Shown here: positions 48,013-60,298 of the stretch, piece after piece | Numbering within the stretch: position 1 is the first letter of the stretch | Layout of the letters: each line of letters starts with the position of its first letter | From: Candidatus Latescibacterota bacterium | GTDB taxonomy: Bacteria; Krumholzibacteriota; Krumholzibacteriia; WVZY01 | Length of the DNA stretch: 64,000 nucleotides | Direction: 5' to 3' | NCBI GenBank assembly: GCA_963791045.1 | Contig: CAWBQK010000013.1 | Location: 160,001 to 224,000, forward strand | Program-made: the position numbers and the translations under genes | The notes under the pieces: model-generated | The model's database searches: none | The model's input: only the letters and a program-made list of their open reading frames with translations | Told to the model about the DNA's origin: nothing

Positions 48013-49251
48013 ATGGCAAAGATCAAGAGCATTTGCATGCTGAGTGTTCACGGTTATTTCGACCCGGAACCCGTTCTCGGCGCCACCGATACCGGCGGTC
48101 AGGTGGTGTATGTCATCGAACTGTCGAAGGCTCTAGCCGAACTGGGGATAAAAGTCGATATCTACACGCGTCAATTCGGCGGTCGCTCCCAGATCGACCC
48201 GATCAACGATGACGTCCGTGTCATTCGCATACCCTGCGGCAACGACGAGTTCATCCGCAAAGAAGATCTCTTCCCCCACCTCGACGAATTCGTCGACAAC
48301 ATGGAAGCCTTTATTAAGGACAACGGGCTTGGTTACGACCTCTTCCACTCACACTACTGGGATGCGGGGTACTCGGGCATGAATCTCGCGGAGAGATTCC
48401 GGCTGCCGTTTATATACACGGCACATTCATTGGGGGCGTGGAAAAAAGAACAGATGGGCGGAGACCCGCAGGAGATGGAAACACTCTTCAAGTTCAGCGA
48501 GAGGATCCATTGGGAAAACATCATCTTCCGCCGCGCCACGGCGCAGACGGTCACCACGTTGGACGGCGAGGAGACTTACGAGCGGCTTTATGATTTCAAA
48601 AGTGACAACATGATCATCATACCGCCTGGCGTCGATGTCTACCGGTTCCGGCCGGAACCACACACGGACACGCCGCCGGTCGAAACGCCCGAAGATTTTG
48701 TGTTCGCGCTGAGCCGGATCGATTCAAATAAGGGGATCGACTTTCTCATCAAGGCCTTCGATCATGTCAGCAAGCAAAGCGACACACAGCTTGTTGTCGG
48801 CGGCGGTTCCAAAAATCCAAAACAACACGAGATCGATGTCATGAAGGGCCTCACGGACCTGGTCGACTCGCTCAACCTCAATGACCGGGTGACATTCACC
48901 GGTTATGTGCCCGACGAACACCTCGACACTTACTACAGGAACGCCCGCGTATTCGTGCTCCCATCGAAATATGAACCATTCGGCATGACGGTGCTGGAAG
49001 CCATGGGATGCGGGACCCCGGTCGTTGCCACCGGTTTTGGAGGGCTCCGGCACGTGCTGACCAATCGTAAAGACAGCCTCCTCGTCGACCCCTCGAACTC
49101 CGAGGAACTCGGCTCCGCGATTGGCGAGATTCTGACAGACGAGTCACTCGCCGCGGATCTTCGAAAGACCGGCCTGAAACTGATCGAGAAGAAGTTCTCC
49201 TGGCAGAGTATTGCAAGGCAACACGTTGATTTTTATGTAAATTACGTGTGA
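48013..49251 (+). CDS. GT4 glycosyltransferase, sucrose-phosphate/mannosylfructose-phosphate synthase-like (GT domain only)
   Basis: LSVHGY..LGATDTGGQVVYV, HSHYWDAG, TAHSLG, SRIDSNKG, YEPFGMTVLEAM. Confidence 0.85.
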   Translation: MAKIKSICMLSVHGYFDPEPVLGATDTGGQVVYVIELSKALAELGIKVDIYTRQFGGRSQIDPINDDVRVIRIPCGNDEFIRKEDLFPHLDEFVDNMEAFIKDNGLGYDLFHSHYWDAGYSGMNLAERFRLPFIYTAHSLGAWKKEQMGGDPQEMETLFKFSERIHWENIIFRRATAQTVTTLDGEETYERLYDFKSDNMIIIPPGVDVYRFRPEPHTDTPPVETPEDFVFALSRIDSNKGIDFLIKAFDHVSKQSDTQLVVGGGSKNPKQHEIDVMKGLTDLVDSLNLNDRVTFTGYVPDEHLDTYYRNARVFVLPSKYEPFGMTVLEAMGCGTPVVATGFGGLRHVLTNRKDSLLVDPSNSEELGSAIGEILTDESLAADLRKTGLKLIEKKFSWQSIARQHVDFYVNYV

Positions 49252-49425
49252 GGCGCGGGAAAAAGCTTTTGACCCAAAGCGGTTTTTCTATTAAATTTTA
49301 CCGGTCGGGACGAACACCTGAAAGAACTTCGCTCCGACCCAAACGCAATTTCTGGAATCAATAAGCGTTACTACCAGGGATCAATCCGCAACCACGAAAT
49401 CGTCCCCCTGAGACGAGGAGGTAAC

Positions 49426-50055
49426 ATGCGAGACTTACTGTCGATAGCTATCCTGATACTGGTCGCGCTCGGCCTGATGACATCGAGCTTCGGACCATCA
49501 TTTGCGGCCAAGGGTGAGAACCCGGTTGTTTGTCTGACGACAACATCCGGTGACATCGTGATCGAACTCTTCGCCGACAAGGCGCCGGAGACCGTCGACA
49601 ACTTCATGACCTATGTCGACGCGAAGTTCTACAATGGCCTGATCTTTCACCGTGTTATTTCCGGTTTCATGATCCAGGGCGGTGGGTTCACCGAGTCAAT
49701 GTCCCGCAAAGAGGGCAACGCCCCGATCAAGAACGAAGCGGACAACGGCCTGTCGAACGAAAATGGTACCGTCGCCATGGCCCGAACCGGCGAACCGCAC
49801 AGCGCATCATCACAGTTCTTCATCAATGTCAAAGACAACAAGATGCTCGACTTCAAACAGAAAACCGCGCAGGGATGGGGTTACTGTGTGTTCGGCAAGG
49901 TAATCGGCGGCATGGATGTCGTGGAAAAGATCAAGGCCGTCAAGACGACGAGCAGAGACGGTTACGACGACGTTCCCGTCGAGCCCGTCGTAATCGAGAA
50001 GGCCTACCAGATGGGTCAGGACGAGGTCAAAGCAATCAAAGCCAAGAATAAATAA
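49426..50055 (+). CDS. Cyclophilin-type peptidyl-prolyl isomerase, exported
   Basis: FHRVISGFMIQGGG, AMART, SQFFIN, GYCVFGKV; signal peptide. Confidence 0.95.
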   Translation: MRDLLSIAILILVALGLMTSSFGPSFAAKGENPVVCLTTTSGDIVIELFADKAPETVDNFMTYVDAKFYNGLIFHRVISGFMIQGGGFTESMSRKEGNAPIKNEADNGLSNENGTVAMARTGEPHSASSQFFINVKDNKMLDFKQKTAQGWGYCVFGKVIGGMDVVEKIKAVKTTSRDGYDDVPVEPVVIEKAYQMGQDEVKAIKAKNK

Positions 50056-50085
50056 CGTCCGAACCTTGCAAAGACAGAGAAACAG

Positions 50086-50120
50086 AAACCGCCGGATCCT
50101 GGTATCCGGCGGTTTTTTTT
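50086..50120 (+). terminator. Intrinsic terminator
   Basis: AAACCGCCGGAT...ATCCGGCGG-T8. Confidence 0.9.
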
Positions 50121-50188
50121 CGCATCAAAAATTGATCTGAGATTCATTATAAAGAAGGGGCTATCCAGATCGAAGGCGCCGCGGCGGG

Positions 50189-52243
<2,055 letters not shown>

Positions 52244-52511
52244 TCAACAGCCCGTATCGTCGTTCACTCTTTTCGAGCATACCAAAATCACACGGGCCTG
52301 TGTAGGCGAATCACCCCTAATCGGTTGCTTGCCCTTGATTTAGGCATCATCGGGGAAATTCGAGTCACCACAACCCGCATTGGTATGCGTATTGATGCTT
52401 GAAATGGTTCGAGGATTCTGATACCAAAGGTGTTACGTGTGGAACGGAGGCTGCTCACCCTCGGCGATGACACTCTCTGGGGCGCGGGCACAAACTAACG
52501 ACCGTAATTAC

Positions 52512-54533
52512 ATGACAAACGACAACACCATCAACCGGCGTGAGCCGGCGGCATTCCGCAAAGTGGGAGAGCTCGAACGGCTCGGCCCCGGCGGCAGGGA
52601 AATTCTGGTCCTCGGCGTCGACGCGCCCGGCTTCGAGCATCTTTCCGCCGACCGGAAAGTGTTTGCCTACTATCTCTACCGCGCAGCTATCGCTGGAAAC
52701 GACATCCTTTACAGTCAGAATCATCGGAATGCTCTCGAGATCAAACAGCTTCTCGAAACGATCTATCTTCATTCCGACGGGATGCCGGCCGACCTTTTAC
52801 GTTCCGTGCACGAGTACCTCAAGTGTGTATGGATCCATCATGGACAGTACAATCACTACACTCACACAAAGTATCTCCCCATCTCTCTGACAAGAGAGTC
52901 ACTGCTTCAAGCCGCGCGTTACGCGGCACAAAATGGCGCGGTGATAGAATGCGGCGACGGGGAAACGCTGGAGGAGAAACTCAAACGACTCGACCGATCG
53001 ATCTTCGACCCCGAGTTCGAGCCGATACAAACGAACCAGTCGGACAACAAAGATATCGTCGCGACGAGCGCCGTGAATTTCTGGGACGAGGGAGTGACCG
53101 AAAAGGACATTTCCGCGCTGCCGGAATCGCTTCAACACAAACTGAACGTTCGCTTCGCTCGCAAGAACGGAAAGATCGTCCCCGAGGAATTCAAGATCGG
53201 CGGGCTCTACAGCCAGGAGCTTGAAACGATTTCACATTTTTTGAGTCTTGCCGCACCGCTTTCCGAAGGAGAAAACCAGCGCCGTTCGATCGAACTTCTC
53301 CTCGACTTCTTCAAAACCGGAGACGAAGAAACGTTTCGCGAGCACAGCGTATTCTGGCTCAAGTCGGACCCAACGGTCGATTATCTCAACGGGTTCATCG
53401 AGCAGTATACCGATCCACGCGGCATTATCGGCTCCTTCGAGGGAAACGTGAGCTACAAATCCGATGCGCAGCTCGTAACGCGGATCGCGGAAAACGCCCT
53501 CTATTTCGAACACAAAATGCCGTGGCCAGACAGATTCAAGAGGTCGAACATCGAGCCGCCCGTGGCCAAAGTTGTCGATGTCCTTGTCGAAACCGGGGAC
53601 GCCGGCCCCGTGTCACCAGCCGCCTACAATCTGCCAAACTACAACGACCTTCGCCGCGACCACGGCAGCAAGAACGTCATCCTTCATAACGTTGAGAATA
53701 CGCGGTCGGCGAATCTACTCGAGAAGATGGTCAACGAATTTTATCTGCCCGAATACCGGGACAAGGTGTTTCGTTATTTCCACACAAAGGCGAGACCGCT
53801 CAAAGTTTATTTGCACGAAATCATCGGGCACGGCTCGGGCCAGCCCGACCCGGATCTGGATTCGGATCCACGGACGGCATTGGGGCGGGTGTACGCGGCG
53901 TTGGAGGAGAGCCGCGCGGACCTCGTCGCGTTGTACCATATATCCGATCCGAAGCTTGTCGAGCTTGGCGCGTTCAGCGCGGACGAGCAACACGACGTGG
54001 TGGAAACCGCCTATATCACGCAGGCTCAGGGCTGGCTCACGCGATATGACCACGTCGTCGGCATGCAGGTTCGCGAGGCGCACAACAAAGGAAATCAACT
54101 CATCCTTATGTATGTCGTCGAGAACGGCGGAGATCCGAACAAGGATTTCGGGATGGACGTCATCGAATCCGACGGCAAGTTCTTCGCAAGAATTCGCGAT
54201 ATGGAGAAAGTGAGGACCGGCTGGGCGGAACTCCTGGGCAAACTCCAGACAATGAAATCAACGGGCGACTACAAGGCCGCCGCGGCGCTTTTCGATCAAT
54301 TCGGCACGCATGTCAACCCGGACTGGTACAGGGACATCGTGGGCCGGCTCGAGGCGTTGAATGTTCCAAAAATGAAAGCGTTTGTGTTTCCCAGACTCGA
54401 GCCCGTTCTCGACGGCAACCAGGTTGTCGATGTGCAAATCCACCACGACGAGGACCTCACCACACAACAACTGAGATTCAGCAGAATCCAGAACGTCACC
54501 GACATCACCCCAAACGACACCATTCTTCCATGA
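52512..54533 (+). CDS. Dipeptidyl-peptidase III (M49)
   Basis: LHEIIGHGSG, LEESRADL, NGFIEQY.DP.G, NLPN. Confidence 0.9.
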   Translation: MTNDNTINRREPAAFRKVGELERLGPGGREILVLGVDAPGFEHLSADRKVFAYYLYRAAIAGNDILYSQNHRNALEIKQLLETIYLHSDGMPADLLRSVHEYLKCVWIHHGQYNHYTHTKYLPISLTRESLLQAARYAAQNGAVIECGDGETLEEKLKRLDRSIFDPEFEPIQTNQSDNKDIVATSAVNFWDEGVTEKDISALPESLQHKLNVRFARKNGKIVPEEFKIGGLYSQELETISHFLSLAAPLSEGENQRRSIELLLDFFKTGDEETFREHSVFWLKSDPTVDYLNGFIEQYTDPRGIIGSFEGNVSYKSDAQLVTRIAENALYFEHKMPWPDRFKRSNIEPPVAKVVDVLVETGDAGPVSPAAYNLPNYNDLRRDHGSKNVILHNVENTRSANLLEKMVNEFYLPEYRDKVFRYFHTKARPLKVYLHEIIGHGSGQPDPDLDSDPRTALGRVYAALEESRADLVALYHISDPKLVELGAFSADEQHDVVETAYITQAQGWLTRYDHVVGMQVREAHNKGNQLILMYVVENGGDPNKDFGMDVIESDGKFFARIRDMEKVRTGWAELLGKLQTMKSTGDYKAAAALFDQFGTHVNPDWYRDIVGRLEALNVPKMKAFVFPRLEPVLDGNQVVDVQIHHDEDLTTQQLRFSRIQNVTDITPNDTILP

Positions 54534-55171
54534 TTTTTTATCAAATCGACGCCGGCGGAGACAGAAACTTTTCGTATTTGATGGCGGATCGCGACGGCGG
54601 ACGCGCGGCGCTCTTTGATCCCGCTGCGAACCCGGGCCGCTATCTTCCCCTGGTTGAAAAGCACAGGCTCACCGTAGCGTACATCGTCGCGACACACGGT
54701 CATTCGGATCACACATGTGGACTCGCTGAAGCAAAAAGAGTTACGGACGGAGAAATTGTCGCGTCCCGGCACAGCCATATTGGCGCCGATATATCCGTCG
54801 ACGATGGCGACACTATCTCCGTTGACTGCATCACACTCCGTTTCATCCATACGCCGGGACACACCGATGATTCGATCTGTATTCTCGGCGGGCGAAAACT
54901 CGTTACCGGCGACACCCTTTTTGTCGGCAAGGTGGGCGGCACCGATTTCGGGGAAGGCGCGCGCAAAGAGTACGACAGCCTCCACAAAAAGATCATGACG
55001 CTCGAAGATGACGTCGAGGTCTACCCCGGACACAACTACGGCGCATCGCCGACATCGACGATCGGTCACGAAAAAGGCACCAACCCGTTCATTCTTTGCG
55101 AATCGTTCGAGTCATTCGTCGATCTGAAAAGAAACTGGCTCCAGTATAAAGAGGAACACGGCATCTCCTGA
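54530..55171 (+). CDS. Metallo-beta-lactamase-fold hydrolase (glyoxalase II-like)
   Basis: THGHSDH, TPGHT, TGDTLF, YPGHNY. Confidence 0.92.
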   Translation: MIFYQIDAGGDRNFSYLMADRDGGRAALFDPAANPGRYLPLVEKHRLTVAYIVATHGHSDHTCGLAEAKRVTDGEIVASRHSHIGADISVDDGDTISVDCITLRFIHTPGHTDDSICILGGRKLVTGDTLFVGKVGGTDFGEGARKEYDSLHKKIMTLEDDVEVYPGHNYGASPTSTIGHEKGTNPFILCESFESFVDLKRNWLQYKEEHGIS

Positions 55172-55288
55172 GCCGCCGGTTTCGACCATCCGCCCCTCCC
55201 ACCCTGCCCGATCGACCTTCGGGGCACGCATTTTGCATTTTCCGACCCAGAATATTCTTAGCCCATTAATAGCAATCACTTAAGACGG

Positions 55289-56947
55289 ATGGTGAGTCGG
55301 ATGACCGGTCAATTCTCGCCCAATACGGATAAAATCCGTACACTCCGGACCTCCCTTGTCACGCTTATCGAATCGACTCGGGAGAACGGCGTTCCCACCG
55401 ATCGGCTCAATGAGACCAGAACGCTCCTGACCGAAGAATTTCAAAAGCTTCTCAATGAAGGGGCCAAGATTCTCCTCAAGGAAGATTTCGCGGGGTCCGA
55501 GCAAGTGGTTCGTACCGTCGAGGAGGCCTACGATGACTGGCGGTCGATCGAGAATGTTTTCAACGAAACACTTGCGCTTGCCTATGAGGGATCGATCTCC
55601 CGGCAGAACCTTCTTCTCGACGATTCCCTCACCGAAATGCGCCGGAGAATTGGCGACCCGGTCGCGGCGCTTTATACCCGTCTCTATGTTTTGTGGACCA
55701 GTCATCTCGATGGGCATCCCTGGGATGCGCACCTTGCGGAGAGCGTCAAGCACAGCGACTCCGACCAACTCGACAAAAATCTCCACAGTCTCGCACACGG
55801 CGATCATCTCGACGTCGAAGACGCCATGACAAATCTCACCGGTCCGCTTCGTTACTCGTTCGCCGACTACATCGAACGCCGGAGCGAACAGCTCGATGTT
55901 CTTGAGGAAAGCCTTTTGATGCGTCCCGAGATCATTCTCATCAACGACTTTTGGCAGTATCACCCGCAGGTTCGTTTGCTCGACCTGATCCGGCGAAAAA
56001 GCCGGAAGAAATACGCTCAGACATTCGAGAAGATCCGGGATTACTTTTCCGACGACAATCTCTCGATTGCCGAGGGTACAGCCGAACGGATCGTCGCCGA
56101 TGTCAGATCGGCACGCCCAGAGACACGGGATACGTTCCTCCGCTGTCTCATGCTTCACCCAAACCAGGAGATCCGCCGTTACGCCGTCACCAATGTCGAC
56201 ATCGACAGCTTCTGGAAAACGATCACACCCGAAGCCGTGCCGTTGGGGACCATTCTAAGCATGCTCGAAACCATCTCAGGATCGAACCGTTATGACGAGG
56301 ATTTCCAGAAGGTTTTCTATCGCGCCATTCACAAGCGGCTTCTCAATGTCGGCTCGAGGTCGGAACTCCTCTATGCGCGCGGAATTATCCGCATTCTCAT
56401 ACAAATGCCCTTCTTTATGGAGGATTCGTATTTCGAAAAGCTCATGATCGTGGTGGACTACCTCGGGGCGAAAGAGGAACGCTTTGGCGTGGAGGATGGC
56501 GTGCTTACCAACTACGTCAATAAACTCCAAAACGAAAAAGAAAAAACGGGAACACTCGAGGTCGACACACCGAATATCGCCAACGTCCCTTCGATAATTC
56601 TCCGAAAACTCGCCCGCGACGGTCACTTCTGGTTCGACCTGTCGATGCATCCGCTGTTCAAGATCGCGAGAGAGACCATTCCTCATATCAACTCTTCCGA
56701 ACGCGCCATTCGAGTGGCGAACAACAGAGTTGTCAACCAGGATGTGCTCCGCGCAATCGGCAAAAAGCGCGGGTTGTTCGGAACCCGCACCGCAAGAATT
56801 GCTCTTTTGAGCAACCCGCGGACGCCGCCGGCCGTGTCGCTGAACTACATCTCGGATCTGAGCAAACTGGACAAGGAACAACTCCTCAGACGGGCAACGC
56901 TCCATCCGGAGTTGCGACACCGGCTGATAGAACATTCGCGTCTTTAG
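55289..56947 (+). CDS. Hypothetical alpha-helical protein
   Basis: 552-aa open frame with typical codon usage; C-terminal ALLSNPRTPPAVSL helical-repeat-like motif. Confidence 0.75.
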   Translation: MVSRMTGQFSPNTDKIRTLRTSLVTLIESTRENGVPTDRLNETRTLLTEEFQKLLNEGAKILLKEDFAGSEQVVRTVEEAYDDWRSIENVFNETLALAYEGSISRQNLLLDDSLTEMRRRIGDPVAALYTRLYVLWTSHLDGHPWDAHLAESVKHSDSDQLDKNLHSLAHGDHLDVEDAMTNLTGPLRYSFADYIERRSEQLDVLEESLLMRPEIILINDFWQYHPQVRLLDLIRRKSRKKYAQTFEKIRDYFSDDNLSIAEGTAERIVADVRSARPETRDTFLRCLMLHPNQEIRRYAVTNVDIDSFWKTITPEAVPLGTILSMLETISGSNRYDEDFQKVFYRAIHKRLLNVGSRSELLYARGIIRILIQMPFFMEDSYFEKLMIVVDYLGAKEERFGVEDGVLTNYVNKLQNEKEKTGTLEVDTPNIANVPSIILRKLARDGHFWFDLSMHPLFKIARETIPHINSSERAIRVANNRVVNQDVLRAIGKKRGLFGTRTARIALLSNPRTPPAVSLNYISDLSKLDKEQLLRRATLHPELRHRLIEHSRL

Positions 56948-57121
56948 CCATTCGAACAACCCGAGAGAGGGTCCCGCGGGGTGATCCATAGCGGCAGATT
57001 CTCCGCTGGAAAAAATTCGGCATCCTGGAAAAAACACGCTTGCCCTTCAAATTCTTTTGGAGTAGTCTCGTCCCTCAATTTGGCGTATGGGAACGGACCA
57101 CTCTTTCTTTTGTATTATATT

Positions 57122-58558
57122 ATGACACCACGACTTACAGCACTCATCCTAATGGTGATCGTCATCTTATCGATTGGCGGAATCGCCCTCGCCGAAACCG
57201 GGCACGAAGCCACGCACGCGACCGAGTCGATTGGCGAGCTACTCCCGATCTGGTCGGTGATTCCTTTTATCGGGATTCTCCTTTCGATAGCGCTTTTTCC
57301 GTTGTTTGCCCCTGGTTGGTGGCATCATCACTTTCCGAAAGTGTCGGCATTCTGGGCGCTGCTGCTCGCCATTCCGCTCCTCATCGTCTTCAAAGGGCTT
57401 GCCGTCCACGAAATCCTTCACGTGTACATACTCGAATATATTCCGTTTATAATTCTTCTGTGGGCACTCTTCACTGTGTCGGGAGGAATCCACGTCAAGG
57501 GATCGCTTACAGGATCTCCCGTACTTAACGTCGTGCTACTCATCATAGGAACCCTCCTGGCGTCATGGATGGGAACGACGGGCGCTTCGATGATTTTGAT
57601 TCGCACCATTTTGCGGGCGAACTCGTGGCGCAAAAACAAGGTCCATGTCATTATTTTCTTTATCTTCCTTGTCAGCAATATTGGCGGCTCACTCACACCG
57701 CTTGGCGATCCTCCGCTCTTTCTCGGGTTCCTTCTCGGCGTACCGTTTTTCTGGACAATGAAGATTCTTCCTCATATGCTTTTTTTATCGGTGCCTCTGT
57801 TCATTATTTTCTTTTTGATAGATACCTATTACTACCGCAAAGAAGACAAACCCGAGGCGAAAGAACATATACCTCTTCGAATCGAAGGTCTCCACAATCT
57901 CATTTTTCTTGGGGGAATCGTGGGAGCGGTGCTGGTCAGCGGGGTTTGGCGGCCCGGGGAAGTCACCGTCCTCGGCATCCACCAGGGTCTCCAGCATTTT
58001 GTTCGTGATCTCTTCCTCATTTTGATGGGTGTCGCGTCGCTCGCCGCCACAAAAAAATCGATACGCACCGACAACGAGTTTTCCTGGTTCCCCATAAAAG
58101 AAGTGGCAATCCTCTTCGCCGGGATTTTTATGACCATCGTACCGGCGATTGCCATCCTGAAGGCGGGAGACAAAGGACAGCTTGGTTTCGTCATGGCGAC
58201 AATGGAGACTCCGGCCCACTATTTCTGGGTAACAGGATCCCTTTCGAGCTTTTTGGATAACGCACCGTCGTACCTCACGTTTTTCAACTCACTGCTGGGC
58301 AAGTTCTTCACCGACCTTCCCCACCACGAGGGGGTGCAGGGTCTTCTAACCAACAAAGCAGCCTACCTCAAGGCCATCTCGGCAGGTTCGGTTTTCTTTG
58401 GCGCGGCGACATATATCGGAAACGCGCCGAACTTCATGGTCAAGAGTATTTCGGAAGAGGCGGGTGTGCGGATGCCGACGTTCTTTGGCTACCTGTTCAA
58501 GTGGGCGATTCCAATTCTCGTCCCCTTGTTCATTCTCGTAACCCTGGTGTTTTTCTAG
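57122..58558 (+). CDS. Ion-transporter (IT) superfamily membrane protein, putative Na+/H+ antiporter
   Basis: GTTGASM, NIGGSLTPLGDPPLFLG, SSFLDNAP, YIGNAPNFM; many TM helices. Confidence 0.85.
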   Translation: MTPRLTALILMVIVILSIGGIALAETGHEATHATESIGELLPIWSVIPFIGILLSIALFPLFAPGWWHHHFPKVSAFWALLLAIPLLIVFKGLAVHEILHVYILEYIPFIILLWALFTVSGGIHVKGSLTGSPVLNVVLLIIGTLLASWMGTTGASMILIRTILRANSWRKNKVHVIIFFIFLVSNIGGSLTPLGDPPLFLGFLLGVPFFWTMKILPHMLFLSVPLFIIFFLIDTYYYRKEDKPEAKEHIPLRIEGLHNLIFLGGIVGAVLVSGVWRPGEVTVLGIHQGLQHFVRDLFLILMGVASLAATKKSIRTDNEFSWFPIKEVAILFAGIFMTIVPAIAILKAGDKGQLGFVMATMETPAHYFWVTGSLSSFLDNAPSYLTFFNSLLGKFFTDLPHHEGVQGLLTNKAAYLKAISAGSVFFGAATYIGNAPNFMVKSISEEAGVRMPTFFGYLFKWAIPILVPLFILVTLVFF

Positions 58559-58579
58559 GATACAATTCCGGAGGGAATC

Positions 58580-59137
58580 ATGGCGGTCACATATTATGAG
58601 CTGGTGATAAAAGGCGACGGAAAGCTTCTCAGGGGTTTTATCCGCGGCTACCAGATCGGAAGAGACATCAAGAGCGAGTTGTACTTTTGCAAGGACCACC
58701 CGATCAAGGCGCACCACCTCAAAGAGATTTTCACCTTTCGCGGCGACCACATTCATTTGATCTGTACCGCGCGAACCCGCAGAGGAATCGTTTCCGCCGT
58801 CCGCAAGGCCAACGATCTCGAGTTCGAACTGATCACCGACGAGCGCCTGGGAAAAATCTTTTTTGAATTCAATTTTGAAACGGCGAGCCGGAAAGTCGCG
58901 GGTGAGATCAAACGAATTTTCTCGACTCTCCGGTACGACCTGAAGCTGAAAGAATACAAACCCCGCGAAACTATCGATGAAAAGGCAAAGGGCGTCGAGT
59001 TCTATACGCCGGCCCACGAATACCGATTCGAAGGCAAAGGGCGCGTCGAGGGCGATGTGGACAGCCTTCTCATCTTCCACAAAAAGCTCGACAACCATGA
59101 CTTCATCGAAGTGGAAGATATCGTCATCGATGGGTAA
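58580..59137 (+). CDS. Hypothetical protein
   Basis: GGAGG SD, 185 aa, directly downstream of the antiporter. Confidence 0.75.
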   Translation: MAVTYYELVIKGDGKLLRGFIRGYQIGRDIKSELYFCKDHPIKAHHLKEIFTFRGDHIHLICTARTRRGIVSAVRKANDLEFELITDERLGKIFFEFNFETASRKVAGEIKRIFSTLRYDLKLKEYKPRETIDEKAKGVEFYTPAHEYRFEGKGRVEGDVDSLLIFHKKLDNHDFIEVEDIVIDG

Positions 59138-59143
59138 TTGCCG

Positions 59144-60148
59144 CTATTCCGGCGGCGCCACCGACAGGATCTGATCGAGCTGCCCTTCGTCGTTGAGTAG
59201 CAGTCCGGCGGCGGGGAGTCTCCGCGTAACTTCGATCCAAACCGGTTCCCTCTGGAAAACATCGCGAAATATTTTAAGAGCCTCTGTTTCCATCCCGTCC
59301 GCGAACATCGTCAGTGCCGCCCAGTACTTGATTTCCGTCACGTTCGGCGCGAGCTCCATCGCGTGCGCGTAGGCTTCCATGGCACCGCGTGTATCACGCT
59401 CGACCATCTTCGCGTCACCTTCATTCATCATCAAATACGCGCGGTTGAGAGTAACCAGACGGCGAAGTTCCCTCAGCGGATCGGGGTGATCCTCGATTCG
59501 CAAATCGATAAGTTTGTCACGGTAGTCGACACCCGTCGGTTCGCCTTTAACAATGATCATCGCGGCGGATTGCCGGCCGCGGATATCTCCCCCTTCGTGC
59601 TGGGCCGCCTCGAGCGCGGCGAGCATCCGCTCGGCAAGATCTCCGTTGGATGTTCTGAAAGCATCCGCCATCGCTTCCCACACGGTATGATTCTCCATCA
59701 GGTTCGCCATCACGACGAAATCCTCACCGATGACATGCCCGGCCTCCCGGATACAATACTTGCCTGTGTGAACGGCACGGTTTCCGTTCGCGTCAATCAT
59801 GCCCACCTGGCGCCATTCGGGGTTGGCGTCCGTCGCCAGAAGACCGTTGAGCGCCTGCTCCGCCGTCCTTCCCGCCCGCATCAACTCGAGCCCAAGCGGC
59901 CCGTAGGTGACATCTGTCAGCGACTGCGTCGCAACCGCGCCCACACCTGCTTTCACCCACGGAACATCGGAGCCGACCGAAAACCAATGCGATTGAACGG
60001 CCACACCCAGCTGTCCCGTCTCGGGGTCCCTCGCCACGATCGAATAGGTGGTAACCGGCCGCAGGGCCTGACCATCGATGACCACAGCACCGGCGAAAGA
60101 CGCGGTTACTGCGACAAGAAAAGCAACGAGGATCGTGGTTCGCATCAT
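59144..60148 (-). CDS. DUF1028 (Ntn-hydrolase-like) protein with C-terminal TPR, exported
   Basis: TYSIVARD, GAVATQ, GGDIRGRQSAA, LRIEDH. Confidence 0.88.
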   Translation of the reverse strand: MMRTTILVAFLVAVTASFAGAVVIDGQALRPVTTYSIVARDPETGQLGVAVQSHWFSVGSDVPWVKAGVGAVATQSLTDVTYGPLGLELMRAGRTAEQALNGLLATDANPEWRQVGMIDANGNRAVHTGKYCIREAGHVIGEDFVVMANLMENHTVWEAMADAFRTSNGDLAERMLAALEAAQHEGGDIRGRQSAAMIIVKGEPTGVDYRDKLIDLRIEDHPDPLRELRRLVTLNRAYLMMNEGDAKMVERDTRGAMEAYAHAMELAPNVTEIKYWAALTMFADGMETEALKIFRDVFQREPVWIEVTRRLPAAGLLLNDEGQLDQILSVAPPE

Positions 60149-60298
60149 TCCTGGACCTCCGTTACAAACGCGTTGAGGTGTTTGATATTGACGATTTGAC
60201 CGGCCGAATCTATCATAGTAACCCCGCTAAAGAAGTATCGGTCTATCATACAGGAAATTTACATCAAAACCTAGTCCGCATCAACTCGAGGAGACCTC

